Source: a virus. Taken from it: a stretch of DNA of 64,000 bases. A program made the translations under genes and the position numbers. Under the pieces are notes generated by a model that saw nothing but the letters and a program-made list of their open reading frames with translations, did no database searches and was not told where the DNA came from. This document shows positions 45,811 to 55,495 of the stretch, piece after piece (position 1 is the first letter of the stretch; every line of letters begins with the position of its first letter). The stretch spans positions 32,001 to 96,000 of IMG/VR virus record IMGVR_UViG_3300028800_000002, one strand, 5' to 3'.

Positions 45811-47534
45811 GCTGAATTTCCTTGTCTTCTTAGGGTTGCTGGGTGGCCAATGAGCTTGTACCTGAAGGGCCCGCCTTCTTCGACGGGCCAATCACGCAAG
45901 TGTCTCCGAAGTTTTCGGCATTGGCTGATGAGGGGTCCTAGGTCGTCTTCGAGGAACACGAGCTCAGAGTGCTTTTTATCCCTGGGGCGTCCCATGATCT
46001 GCTGCAAGGTATTCTTGTCCGACATGGGCTCGCTGACCACGATGGCTGAGAGGTTTTTATCGTCCAGCCCTTCCTTGCCGTACTTCATGATGGCAAAAAT
46101 GACCTTGCGCTCACGCAGCATCTTGAAACGGTCCTCTGGCTTTACTGCCTCTGTGAATAGCCCTGAGTCGCTCTTCATCGTGAGGAGTTCTTTGAGAAAT
46201 TCCCGTTGTCTCTGCCGGTATAGTCGCTCAGTCTTTCTCCAAATTTCAAATTGTTGCAGTATCAGCACGTAGCTATCCCTGCGTTCCTCGAACGCTGCGC
46301 GCTTCGCCGGCGGTAGCGTACTTCTGGTCAGATTTCTTTCTATCTCGGCAAGCGTTGTGGCTAACTTCTGCGCCGCCTTTGGGGTTAGTGCAATGGGCAG
46401 TAATTGCTCGCCGACCTCGGTCGGAGTTGGGTATGGGATGTCCGAGTACAGTAGCGTGCTTGGATCTTGCCTGGACCAAAGCGTCATGAGGTTGATAACT
46501 TCATCTACAGAGTACGACAGTACTAGGACCTTGTGCTTGGCATCCACCAGCCGTTGTACTTCGGGCAACACCGTGCAGGTCAATCGCTCGCGGTTATTCC
46601 CAAAGTGGCTTGCGATCTTTCCCAGATGCAACTCACCGTTCTTGTCGAACACTTCCTTCTTCACTTTCTTGTCTTCCAGGTCAAGCTTGTGACCAGTCCA
46701 CTTGAAGGAAATGGCTGGTGGGCAATTCTGTATGACGTCTTTGAAGATGATTTCCCCCACGTGGTGCTGGCAGATTACGTGGGATCCATCATTGCGCCAA
46801 GGGGTGGCAGTGAGTGCCAAGCGGTACCCATAGAAGAGTGGCGCTGACTTTGAGAAGGTGGGTGCATTGACGTGGTGACCTTCGTCCCAAACTACAAGTC
46901 CAAACCTTCTCCTGATTCTCTCAGGCATTGTGTCGGCCCAGCGTGCCAGCGTTTGGTAGGTGGCCATTACAATGGCCTTGTCCCAGTCCTTGGTTTGTCC
47001 CTGTATGAGACCGATGCCCCCAGGAACTATCAGGTGCTTGTCTATTTCTTCCTGCCATTGACGGAGCAGATGCGTGTTGTCTACTGCGATGATGGTGGGC
47101 ACCTGAAGTATGGAGCTAAAGTGAAGAGCAACGACTGTCTTCCCCTTCCCGCACGCCAACTGGAGGGTTCCTCCGTTGGCGAGCAAGAGAGCTTCTATTG
47201 CACGTGACTGTAAATCGCTGCCGGTTTGTTGTAGTAACCCGCCAGGTCCTGGCTTCATATCCAGGCACACCTTGCTTTGAACCCCTGTTCGTCGGAAGGA
47301 CTTGGGCCTGCAGTCAATGCAGGTGAAGTTCAAATCCTCAGGTTTCCAGAATGCGCGTGGAACGACTAGGTGGTGTTCCGATTCATCCCAGAGCTGGAGA
47401 GTTTTTACTTCGTCCCTTTCGGAGATCTCAAACTCGAGGGCGTTCTTCACGCCCTCTACGTTGATTTGACTCTTGGGTACATGCAGCATGGTGTCGATGT
47501 ACCCTAGGTTCGGATCACGCCTAATGAGCTTCAT
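45753..47534 (-). CDS. Superfamily 2 helicase (UvsW/XPB-like)
   Basis: LACGKGKT, VWDEGHH, LTATPWRNDG, GKEGLD, QQIMGR. Confidence 0.9.
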   Translation of the reverse strand: MKLIRRDPNLGYIDTMLHVPKSQINVEGVKNALEFEISERDEVKTLQLWDESEHHLVVPRAFWKPEDLNFTCIDCRPKSFRRTGVQSKVCLDMKPGPGGLLQQTGSDLQSRAIEALLLANGGTLQLACGKGKTVVALHFSSILQVPTIIAVDNTHLLRQWQEEIDKHLIVPGGIGLIQGQTKDWDKAIVMATYQTLARWADTMPERIRRRFGLVVWDEGHHVNAPTFSKSAPLFYGYRLALTATPWRNDGSHVICQHHVGEIIFKDVIQNCPPAISFKWTGHKLDLEDKKVKKEVFDKNGELHLGKIASHFGNNRERLTCTVLPEVQRLVDAKHKVLVLSYSVDEVINLMTLWSRQDPSTLLYSDIPYPTPTEVGEQLLPIALTPKAAQKLATTLAEIERNLTRSTLPPAKRAAFEERRDSYVLILQQFEIWRKTERLYRQRQREFLKELLTMKSDSGLFTEAVKPEDRFKMLRERKVIFAIMKYGKEGLDDKNLSAIVVSEPMSDKNTLQQIMGRPRDKKHSELVFLEDDLGPLISQCRKLRRHLRDWPVEEGGPFRYKLIGHPATLRRQGNSAWNQAAQQTTDLWVPRRQP

Positions 47535-47542
47535 TGGGAGTC

Positions 47543-48073
47543 TTATCCCTCGTTCGGTTTATTTCCTCCACCACCAAATATCTGATTGTCGAAGAAGCTG
47601 CTAATGGTGTGGCCTACGGATTTCCCGATAGACCGAGTTACTTCGATGGCAAGTCGCCTGCCGATGCTTTGCCCTGGGACTACTGGCTGAGGCACTGATA
47701 GGTACGGCGGCATGTAGTGGTTCACCGGCATCATCTGCTGATATGCCTGCCCACTATGCGGCTGTCCTGGCTGCGGGTACGCGGTTGGCTGATACGGTGG
47801 GCTCCATTGGGGTCGGGGGACGGGTTGACTATATGGCACAGCTGGTCTTGTCAAGTTGGCTGTTGGTACATGCACCGTATTGCCTGCATTCCTTACGGCC
47901 TGCAGGTGCGAGGCGCAGGATGACGCGAAACTACATCTGTCCCTTACGTGGCTTCCATTCTCCTCGTTCAAAAACGCTGGATCGTGTCCTCCTACACATT
48001 CAGCGGCTGCGCTGCTGTACTGCTTGCCGAAGCATCCTGGTTTTTCGTCCACTACTTGGTTCAATTTCAGCAT
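47543..48073 (-). CDS. Hypothetical protein with N-terminal Cys cluster and P/Q-rich linker
   Basis: PGCFG..EC..RC..SC; SD AAGGAG. Confidence 0.65.
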   Translation of the reverse strand: MLKLNQVVDEKPGCFGKQYSSAAAECVGGHDPAFLNEENGSHVRDRCSFASSCASHLQAVRNAGNTVHVPTANLTRPAVPYSQPVPRPQWSPPYQPTAYPQPGQPHSGQAYQQMMPVNHYMPPYLSVPQPVVPGQSIGRRLAIEVTRSIGKSVGHTISSFFDNQIFGGGGNKPNEG

Positions 48074-48232
48074 GATTCTCCTTAGTGCTACCGGCGTATC
48101 CTCTGCTCTAGTTCTCTTTTCCCAGTTCTTCTGTGTTGTTTGCAGGTCTTGCCCCCGATATTCCCCTAAACCTGAAGACCTAGTACTATTTCAATGGTAT
48201 AAACTCCTAGTTGCGCTAACGGAGAAGCATCG

Positions 48233-49684
48233 ATGCACACCACTGGACTGGTTCTAGACTTGTACGACAACCCCAGCGACCTTGGGACCATCTTTCCCTC
48301 GTTGGATGAAGTTCCCGAGACTGTGAAGACCGCCCAAGCCTTGACACCGACCATGCTGGAGTCTTTGCCGGACGATGTATTTGCCCTGGTACTACTGACG
48401 GACGGGGATCGCTTGCGCAAGTATGCCTGTGTGGACGCTGGCAATACTGAATTGAACGTCGCTTACTTCTTCAAGCATGGGCACAAGTTACCCGCTGATG
48501 TTCAGCGCCGAGCCGCGGAGAACTTGAAGATAGCCTGTGCTTGGTACGATGTTGAAGTCCCTGAGGCTCTTGAGAAGGTGGCCCTCGGCGTGAATACGGT
48601 ATTGACCGCTGTGACAGCCCCGTCTCAGATCAAAGGGGCCGTGGGACAGACTGGCAGGAACTTGGCTGCTACTGGGGCGGCCGGTGGACAGGTACTGACT
48701 CCCAAGAACCAGGCATCTCTCGGTCACATGCTCAAGGGAGCTGAAGCTACAGGCACCAGCCTTATGCCAGTGCAGCCGCCCGGCGATTTGGCCCTTGCCA
48801 GCGTTCGGGGCAGACCGGGGACTAGCAACACCAGCGTTATGAAATCCGCCGGTGCTGGTCATCTTGTCGATGGGCATCGAGGTGACGTACCGCCAGAGCT
48901 CGAGACAACTCGTGGGGCCGCCGGCGAGCAGTACGAGAGCGCGCCGCAGACGCCGAAGACCACCATGAAGCCGCACATTGGCATCATGAACAAGGAGCCA
49001 CCAAAGCTCATCAGCGAAAAAGAAGCCTCGCGGTATGCGTACAACGGGGTATTCCCGCTTGATAGCTACGTGCAGGTGAAGGCTGCCTCCATGTACTTCG
49101 ACGCGCAGCATGGCGCCATGGATCCGGGGATGCGTCGAGAGTTTGCTTCCAACTTGGTGCCTCGAGCTATGGAATTGGGCATCGCGTTCAGCAAGGAAGC
49201 CGCCGCTTATGGGTCAAGTACCTTCGCCTCTGTGGAGCAAATTCAAGTAGGGCATGATTTGCGCGTAAACCAGCTCCTGGAAAAGCAGGCTGCTGTGCTC
49301 GACACACTTTACAGTCATCGCGAGGAACTTGGGCCAGAGTTGTTCTGCGACTCACTTGCAGAGTTCGATAAGCTTGCGGAGATAGACCACTTGTACGACC
49401 GGGCCATCTTCGATCCATACATCTCTACGTACGGAGTGCAGAAGCAGGCGGCAGAGAGCGGGAACACTTGGGTCAATGGCAATGACTACGTGACTGAGCG
49501 GCAAATCTCCAATTACTCAGTCACCGCGGGGATTACATTAGCCGATGATTACGGGCCTGACTTCAAGAAAGAGTTCATGAAGGACCCCTGGGGTATCTTC
49601 ATGTCTTTGCCCTTAGAGCAAAAGCGGCGTATGGCTCGATCTGCTACCGACAATAGCGCAACGGGTCTACATGACGTCCAATGA
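48233..49684 (+). CDS. Probable head/internal virion protein with two helical repeats and many K-x-A motifs
   Basis: First gene of the portal-containing run; LPDDVFA..RKYAC.D..YF and FPLDS..VKAASMYF are related units. Confidence 0.6.
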   Translation: MHTTGLVLDLYDNPSDLGTIFPSLDEVPETVKTAQALTPTMLESLPDDVFALVLLTDGDRLRKYACVDAGNTELNVAYFFKHGHKLPADVQRRAAENLKIACAWYDVEVPEALEKVALGVNTVLTAVTAPSQIKGAVGQTGRNLAATGAAGGQVLTPKNQASLGHMLKGAEATGTSLMPVQPPGDLALASVRGRPGTSNTSVMKSAGAGHLVDGHRGDVPPELETTRGAAGEQYESAPQTPKTTMKPHIGIMNKEPPKLISEKEASRYAYNGVFPLDSYVQVKAASMYFDAQHGAMDPGMRREFASNLVPRAMELGIAFSKEAAAYGSSTFASVEQIQVGHDLRVNQLLEKQAAVLDTLYSHREELGPELFCDSLAEFDKLAEIDHLYDRAIFDPYISTYGVQKQAAESGNTWVNGNDYVTERQISNYSVTAGITLADDYGPDFKKEFMKDPWGIFMSLPLEQKRRMARSATDNSATGLHDVQ

Positions 49685-50465
49685 TGGTATCTATGAGCGT
49701 GTCCTTTCAAAAGTTCGTACTGACAAGCTCGTTGAAGAGGACCCGACTATCGTAGTTGAAACTACGCAGGTGGATGACCGCGTCAATCCTACTGAGCCTG
49801 CGGCAGCGGAGCAGAAGACAAAGTCAGCCGCCGTGACGTTGGACAATCTGTTCAGGAATCCCGAATCCCACCCATTGCTTTTGGACTTAGCCCTTCTGGA
49901 CAAGTATGGGTCCGAGTGGTTGGGGTGGGAGCTTGAGACGTTATTGACTCGCGTGCAGCAGGATTTCCGCACGCCGACCATCGCAGAGATCAACGTGGAG
50001 AAGTTGCACGCGTGCATGACGCTGCACTTGGTCGATACCTTCTGGGAGCGCTGGGAGGTATTTTTGCATTGTTGCTCGGCGTTCAACGGCACCTTTGCCG
50101 ACTTCCACAGCATGCAGATCCCTGAAGTTGCCGAGTGCCTTTTGGCAGTCGACATTGCCAATCGCATTCGAGACGACATGCAATGGAGCGGCGAGGTCAA
50201 GACGTATCTGAAAGCAGTGCATATTTACCGCGGGGAAGTATTCCCGCTGCCCCCTATGGACTTTGTGCAGGTGGATGTGTCGGAGCTCCCAGTGGATGCA
50301 GCTGCCGTGAGGTCGAAGTGGCCACTGGTGAAAGCATCAGGGCGCGCGCCGCGCGGGGAGACTGCCGAGGATGTGCAGCTACGTAAGATGCTTGCTTCTT
50401 GGCAGTACTTGGAGCTTCATCGGCATAGGTTGGAAACTCAACTGCAGGTTCTTCGCCATGTTTGA
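49671..50465 (+). CDS. Hypothetical head-module protein
   Basis: Overlap-coupled on both sides. Confidence 0.65.
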   Translation: MTSNDGIYERVLSKVRTDKLVEEDPTIVVETTQVDDRVNPTEPAAAEQKTKSAAVTLDNLFRNPESHPLLLDLALLDKYGSEWLGWELETLLTRVQQDFRTPTIAEINVEKLHACMTLHLVDTFWERWEVFLHCCSAFNGTFADFHSMQIPEVAECLLAVDIANRIRDDMQWSGEVKTYLKAVHIYRGEVFPLPPMDFVQVDVSELPVDAAAVRSKWPLVKASGRAPRGETAEDVQLRKMLASWQYLELHRHRLETQLQVLRHV

Positions 50466-51498
50466 GACCACGTTGACTCCTTTTGTGATGCGAGCCTTCG
50501 TTGACCAGCTCAGCAAAGAAGCTTTGGCTGGTAGTGCAATTCAGGCTGGTTTAGGCAGCGGGATGGGCCTTGGATTAGGCGCTGGACTTGCCGTTGGAGG
50601 CGCTCATGGCGCGATCAAAGGTTACCGGGACGCGCGGGCGCAGGGCGCGGGAGTGTTAGGTTCTGCCGGTGCCGCTTTGCAGCATGGTCTTGGCGGTGCT
50701 GTTAGGGGAGGTGCCATTGGTTCATTAGCCGGGGCCGGATTGGGCGCGGTTGCCGGCGGGGTACTCCCTGGCCAGGTCACTTCAGCCACGAAGAGCCTAG
50801 CTACTGCGGGTAATAAGGCTGGGGCTTTCTCTCGTTTTGGTCAAAGGCAAGTGCACAGTCTTACCGGCTGGACCCCAGGAGGAACCACTAAGTCCATCGA
50901 AAGCATTGGTGCAGGGGCTGCAGGTCCGAGAAAAGCCTTGGCGGATGCAAAGCTCAAGGGCGATCCTAAGACCATAGGGCGCGCGCGCTCGGCACTTGCT
51001 GCCACGGAAAAAGCTCAGAATATGGGGCTAACTAGTCTTCCTGGCATTGTGAAATCCGTGGGAGCCAATGGGTTGTTGCCGACGGCTAAGGCAGGAATGC
51101 ATGCTGGGTGGGCCGGCAGCACTCCCAAGATGAAAGCCCTCATGGTGGGGTTGCCAGCGGCGCAAGCCGCGCAGACGCTTCGATCACAAGGAGACCCTAA
51201 TCATCCAGAGAAGGGTAAGGGTGAGCGAGTGGGTCGACTGCTTGGCGGTGCCGTAGGTACGATGGCAGCTCCCATTTCGTTAGCAGGTGGTTTGGCTTTG
51301 AGTACCGCGATGGAGCGCGCCGGAGGAGCTGCTGGGCGCGGAGTAGACAAACTCACCCGAGGCAAGAAAGTCGTTCCTCCACAAGTTCAGCATGAGCCGT
51401 CGAGGCCACCAGCGAGTGAGCCAGGGGACACGGGTCAAGTAGCCACCGAGCGGGTGTTCGGGACAGGTTATAGTGGTGGTTCCGGAGGTATGGAGTAA
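50458..51498 (+). CDS. Gly/Ala-rich glycine-zipper protein, candidate ejection/internal protein
   Basis: GSGMGLGLGAGLAVGG and GGAIGSLAGAGLGAVAGG segments; immediately upstream of the portal. Confidence 0.55.
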   Translation: MFETTLTPFVMRAFVDQLSKEALAGSAIQAGLGSGMGLGLGAGLAVGGAHGAIKGYRDARAQGAGVLGSAGAALQHGLGGAVRGGAIGSLAGAGLGAVAGGVLPGQVTSATKSLATAGNKAGAFSRFGQRQVHSLTGWTPGGTTKSIESIGAGAAGPRKALADAKLKGDPKTIGRARSALAATEKAQNMGLTSLPGIVKSVGANGLLPTAKAGMHAGWAGSTPKMKALMVGLPAAQAAQTLRSQGDPNHPEKGKGERVGRLLGGAVGTMAAPISLAGGLALSTAMERAGGAAGRGVDKLTRGKKVVPPQVQHEPSRPPASEPGDTGQVATERVFGTGYSGGSGGME

Positions 51499-51501
51499 CC
51501 C

Positions 51502-53577
51502 ATGAGCATTCCTGGCGCGATGAGTATGGGCGGCGTTGGCGCCGGAGGCGGGGGTCGTTTCAATGCAACGCGGGGTCGCATCAACAATGGGTTTAGTCAG
51601 GGTGTCAACTACCCAAGCCCATTCTTTGATATCGCTCACACTTACTTGCCGGTCACGGTCAAGGGCATGTTCCGTTGGTGCAGGTATTACTTCCTCACCA
51701 ATCCCATCATCAATGCCGCGGTTTTCAAACTTTCGGAATACCCCATCACTGAGCTGCTTATCGACCATGAGGACAGCAAGGTTGCCAAGAAGTGGAAGGA
51801 ATACTTCGAAGACCACTTGAACTATCGAGCGTATCAGATTGAGTGCGGCCTCGATTACCACACGTATGGCAATTGCCTTTCAAGCTTGAGTTTCCCCTTC
51901 AAGAAGTACCTGACGTGCCCTCAATGTAAGTTCCAGGCGGAAGCCAAGCGGATACGTCCCCATTGGGTGTTCACCAATTTTGAATTCAGGTTGAGTTGCC
52001 CCAAGTGCGGTTACCTGGGTACCGCGAAGTCGAAGGACATCTACTTCAAGAACGAGGCCGGGGTTCGCGTGATGCGATGGAACCCTGAGGATGTTGAGGT
52101 AACCCACTCAGATTTGACTGGTGAGTACACGTACTTTTACAACATCCCGCCAACGATCCGCAACGACGTCATTATCGGCAAGAAGGATGCTGTCGAGAAG
52201 GTGCCTGAGGTGTTCATCCAGGCATTGAGGCAGCAGAAGGGGATTGTATTCAACCAGGATACGTTCTTCCATCTACGGCGCCCCACGCTGGCAGATCAGG
52301 ATCGTGGTTGGGGCCTGCCACTGTTGCTGCCCTGTTTGAAGGACACGTTTTACCTGCAGCTGATGAAGAAGGCACAGGAGTCCATTCTGCTCGAGCACAT
52401 TCTTCCGCTGCGTATCCTGTTTCCGCAGGCGGGTTCTGGGACTTCTGATCCTTACACAAGCATCAATCTTGTCGACTGGCGGGATCACGTAGCTACGGAA
52501 ATTGCCCGTTGGCGCATGGATCCCAATTACATCCCCATCCTGCCGTTGCCCATTGGTAACCAGACTATTGGTGGAGACGGTCGGGCACTTCTTCTCGTGC
52601 AAGAGATGCAAGCACTCAGCGAGCAGCTCATCAATGGCATGCAGGTTCCCCTCGAGTTCATCAAGGGTGGTTTGAGTTACGCTGGCACGAACGTGTCCAT
52701 GCGCATGCTTGAGAACCAGTTTATCGTGTACCTGTCGCGGCATGAGAGGATGGCCAACTGGGTGATGCGGCAAGCGGCTGACTACCTCGATTGGCCGATG
52801 GCGCATATTCGATTCAAGCCGTTCAAGATGGCTGACGACATTCAGCGCAAGGCCTTCTTGTTCCAACTCAATCAAGCGAACAAGATCAGTGACACCACAC
52901 TGTTGGCGGATTCCGACTTGAGCCAGGAGGATGAGGACAACATCATGGAGCGCGAGACTGCCGCGCGCATGAAAGCGACAGAGAAGCAGCAAATGGCCAT
53001 GGCGCAGCTTCAAGGTAAGCAGCAGTCCATCATGATGAAGATGCAAGCCAAGGCTCAGCAAGAAGCCCAGCAAGCTGCTATGGCTCCGAACGCCCCTGGA
53101 GAACCAGGTGGGCCAGAGGCGAATACTGGAGCACCCGGAGGTCAGGGCGGAGTCCCCGCATTGCCATCGGCATCCCCGGATGGTGCCTCACAGGATCCAA
53201 TGCCCGCGGTACAGAGCCCGCTCAGCGCTGGACAGAATATGGGCATGGGTACTAGTGGTCCTGCGGGGCAAGCGATGTTGGGTGGTTCGAGCATCCTGGC
53301 GATGGCACAGACCATCGCGTCCCAATTGTCTCAGCAGGATCCTGCCAGTCAGATGCTTGCGATCAAGCAACTCAAAACACAGTACGGCCCAGAGCTAGCA
53401 GACTTAGTTCTGCAGTACTTGCAGACGATGCCAGGAGCTGCCCCTCAGGGACAACCTGGGCAAGGTGGCCCAGCTGGTATGCAAGCACTGGGGGCTAACG
53501 GTGCAGCTGCGACTCAAGTGGACATGCGGCCACTCCCAGACAAGCTCCCTCCGCGCAGAGCTGCAGCTACGGTTTAG
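51502..53577 (+). CDS. Probable portal protein with Zn-ribbon insertion and Q/P/G-rich tail
   Basis: NPIINAAVFKLSEYP, RWNPEDV, FFHLRR..RGWGLP, QVPLEFIKGGLSYA, IRFKPF are portal-like features. Confidence 0.75.
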   Translation: MSIPGAMSMGGVGAGGGGRFNATRGRINNGFSQGVNYPSPFFDIAHTYLPVTVKGMFRWCRYYFLTNPIINAAVFKLSEYPITELLIDHEDSKVAKKWKEYFEDHLNYRAYQIECGLDYHTYGNCLSSLSFPFKKYLTCPQCKFQAEAKRIRPHWVFTNFEFRLSCPKCGYLGTAKSKDIYFKNEAGVRVMRWNPEDVEVTHSDLTGEYTYFYNIPPTIRNDVIIGKKDAVEKVPEVFIQALRQQKGIVFNQDTFFHLRRPTLADQDRGWGLPLLLPCLKDTFYLQLMKKAQESILLEHILPLRILFPQAGSGTSDPYTSINLVDWRDHVATEIARWRMDPNYIPILPLPIGNQTIGGDGRALLLVQEMQALSEQLINGMQVPLEFIKGGLSYAGTNVSMRMLENQFIVYLSRHERMANWVMRQAADYLDWPMAHIRFKPFKMADDIQRKAFLFQLNQANKISDTTLLADSDLSQEDEDNIMERETAARMKATEKQQMAMAQLQGKQQSIMMKMQAKAQQEAQQAAMAPNAPGEPGGPEANTGAPGGQGGVPALPSASPDGASQDPMPAVQSPLSAGQNMGMGTSGPAGQAMLGGSSILAMAQTIASQLSQQDPASQMLAIKQLKTQYGPELADLVLQYLQTMPGAAPQGQPGQGGPAGMQALGANGAAATQVDMRPLPDKLPPRRAAATV

Positions 53578-53599
53578 ACTTCTTTACTGTTTGGGTGTA

Positions 53600-53764
53600 A
53601 TGGCAAAGAAGAAAAGAATCGTTGTAGTTACGAGGCTAAATGCAGCTGAGGTGCGGGATTTCAAGAAGGCCAAGAAGTACGTGGTTGCCTATTGTGGCAA
53701 GGTATCTGATGCTGAGGTACTTAGATTTTTGGTTCGGAGTTGGGGTGAGTCGGGGTGGGCTTGA
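53600..53764 (+). CDS. 54-aa ribbon-helix-helix-like DNA-binding protein
   Basis: KKKRIVVVTRL (strand), helix, SDAEVLRFLV (helix). Confidence 0.55.
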   Translation: MAKKKRIVVVTRLNAAEVRDFKKAKKYVVAYCGKVSDAEVLRFLVRSWGESGWA

Positions 53765-53779
53765 CTAACAAGGAGCTAC

Positions 53780-53813
53780 GAAAAAACCCCTGCTCGAGCG
53801 TAGGGGTTTTTCC
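53780..53813. terminator. Bidirectional terminator
   Basis: AAAAAACCCCT-gctcgagcgt-AGGGGTTTTT between convergent genes. Confidence 0.85.
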
Positions 53814-53822
53814 GGTTCTGAC

Positions 53823-53984
53823 TTAGGCCTGCGCAGGATTCTGTGCGAACGCCTGCGGTGCCGGCTGCGGCTGTTGTACTTTTGTTGCGGCCTTGATTCC
53901 GGTGATGCGACCGGCAACGAAGGCAGCAGTAGTAGCAACAACGCCGATGCTTGAATATACAACGATGGTCCAGGTTTTTGACAT
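53823..53984 (-). CDS. 53-aa single-pass membrane protein (not in ORF track)
   Basis: MSKTWTIVVYSSIGVVATTAAFVAGRITG...; stops 9 nt before the terminator. Confidence 0.5.
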   Translation of the reverse strand: MSKTWTIVVYSSIGVVATTAAFVAGRITGIKAATKVQQPQPAPQAFAQNPAQA

Positions 53985-54014
53985 GTGATTTCGTGTGTAG
54001 CCAATGCGGGCTAC

Positions 54015-54046
54015 TTCTCCTCTACCTTTCTTATACCCGAGTTTTC
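54015..54046 (-). promoter_or_regulatory. Phage promoter/RBS element, copy 2
   Basis: GAAAACTCGGGTATAAGAAAGGTAGAGGAGAA, near-identical to 10085-10117. Confidence 0.7.
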
Positions 54047-54055
54047 AGTATATTT

Positions 54056-55492
54056 TCAGGCAACTTCGGATTGGACCAGATCGTCGAGCTCGATGATTTC
54101 TCCCCACTCAGCAGGCTTTGCTTTGTAGGGTGTTGGCACGATGCACCAAATGAACTGCATGTTCTGTGGGGCTACATCAGGCGCCACACCAGCACCGTCT
54201 GTTAGGTACATCGTCATGTGCGGTCTTGGGAAGAACTCTGTGTCGACAAAGTTGATGGCTTGTCGGAAGTCTGTGCCACCTCTTCCCAATATTTCAATAG
54301 AGCGCAGATCCGCTGGAGTCACCAGGATGGGGGTGCGCTTACCATCCGTATCCGCCTCCATGAACCAGGCATGTTGGATTCCTGTCTGCAGCATAACGTC
54401 AGACATGACCTTGAGCGCGTCCGCGATTTGTCCTCTCCCCATCGATCCAGAGCTGTCTACGATGAAGAATAGAACCGGGTCGTAGCCAATGAGTCCCGGT
54501 AAGGTAATCCCCCTCAAGTAGGAGCGCTTCGAGGGGCGCCGCATGCTGTAGTCAAGTCCACCGCTGCGGATGCGCCCAATGGACAGGCGAGCCATGTTGG
54601 CCAGCTTGCTTCTCCATGGGACATCAAATACGGTTTCACTGACTTCCACCAGTTCAGCCCAACTTCCTGGTAAGGTTCCTCGACCTTGCTGGGATTCCAT
54701 GTGCTGCTTGATGGCCCGCGCTGTCTCTCTGGCTACGTTCTTGCAGTTTGCTTCTGACCGGCCTTTTTCTGCGCTCTGCTCCTTCTCCAGCTCCTTGCCG
54801 ATTGGGTTACCTGCTATGCCACCGCAGCATCCGGATAGAATTCTGGGTGAACCTTTTCCTTCAGCCTCACAGTCAGGGCAGTGGCCGCCCTCGCCGTTTT
54901 CTCCTTCCCCGTCACCCTTTCCGTGCTGGCACTTCGCGGGTTTGCTGCTCGATTTGCTCTTGCTTTCATACTGCTCGAGGAGCTTGTAGTACGCATCAGC
55001 CGTCAACCCTTCTGGGAATCCGTACTGTTCTGGCATGAGCGCCCAGTCCGGGAACTCCCACATGGGTTCAGTGACTATGTTCGATCCGTTCGACGACTTC
55101 TGGCCAGTGACACGCACCTGTTTCGTTTGCGCGCGCATTGAGCTGTTGATGAATAGATCCCCAGCGCGGTTGAATCGTTTGGGATCTTCGTAGCCAGATC
55201 CTCGCCGTACGTGAAGGAGTTGGGCATGCATGCACTCATGCATTAGGCCTGTAGCGACTACAATAGCGCTAGATGCTTCTACCCAAGCTGGGTCGTATAC
55301 GAGCACCAAGTTTGCACTTACTCCCATGGGCCCACCTACGAGCTTCATGAGATTTTCTACTGGCGATGGCACCAACGCGTACAAGGTCGAGCACATGTAG
55401 GGAGCGTATTGCTTCACATATGCTCGACCGATGACGAGAGGCGAGGCTTTTGCTCGCGCGTGCCACCCCTTACCTGAGGGGTTGCCTGCCAT
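54056..55492 (-). CDS. Putative metallopeptidase-vWA protein (DUF2201-like)
   Basis: HECMH (HExxH), SGCCGG, MIDAS VDSSGSM, GRGGTDF. Confidence 0.9.
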   Translation of the reverse strand: MAGNPSGKGWHARAKASPLVIGRAYVKQYAPYMCSTLYALVPSPVENLMKLVGGPMGVSANLVLVYDPAWVEASSAIVVATGLMHECMHAQLLHVRRGSGYEDPKRFNRAGDLFINSSMRAQTKQVRVTGQKSSNGSNIVTEPMWEFPDWALMPEQYGFPEGLTADAYYKLLEQYESKSKSSSKPAKCQHGKGDGEGENGEGGHCPDCEAEGKGSPRILSGCCGGIAGNPIGKELEKEQSAEKGRSEANCKNVARETARAIKQHMESQQGRGTLPGSWAELVEVSETVFDVPWRSKLANMARLSIGRIRSGGLDYSMRRPSKRSYLRGITLPGLIGYDPVLFFIVDSSGSMGRGQIADALKVMSDVMLQTGIQHAWFMEADTDGKRTPILVTPADLRSIEILGRGGTDFRQAINFVDTEFFPRPHMTMYLTDGAGVAPDVAPQNMQFIWCIVPTPYKAKPAEWGEIIELDDLVQSEVA

Positions 55493-55495
55493 TAT

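Noticed and set aside
52273-53073. 266-aa antisense ORF inside the portal
   Set aside because: Antisense shadow of a GC3-biased gene; composition is not protein-like.
53765-54004. 79-aa TTG-started ORF
   Set aside because: It reads through the bidirectional terminator; the 53823-53984 frame stops just before it. The SD spacing does fit the TTG, so it is not fully excluded.
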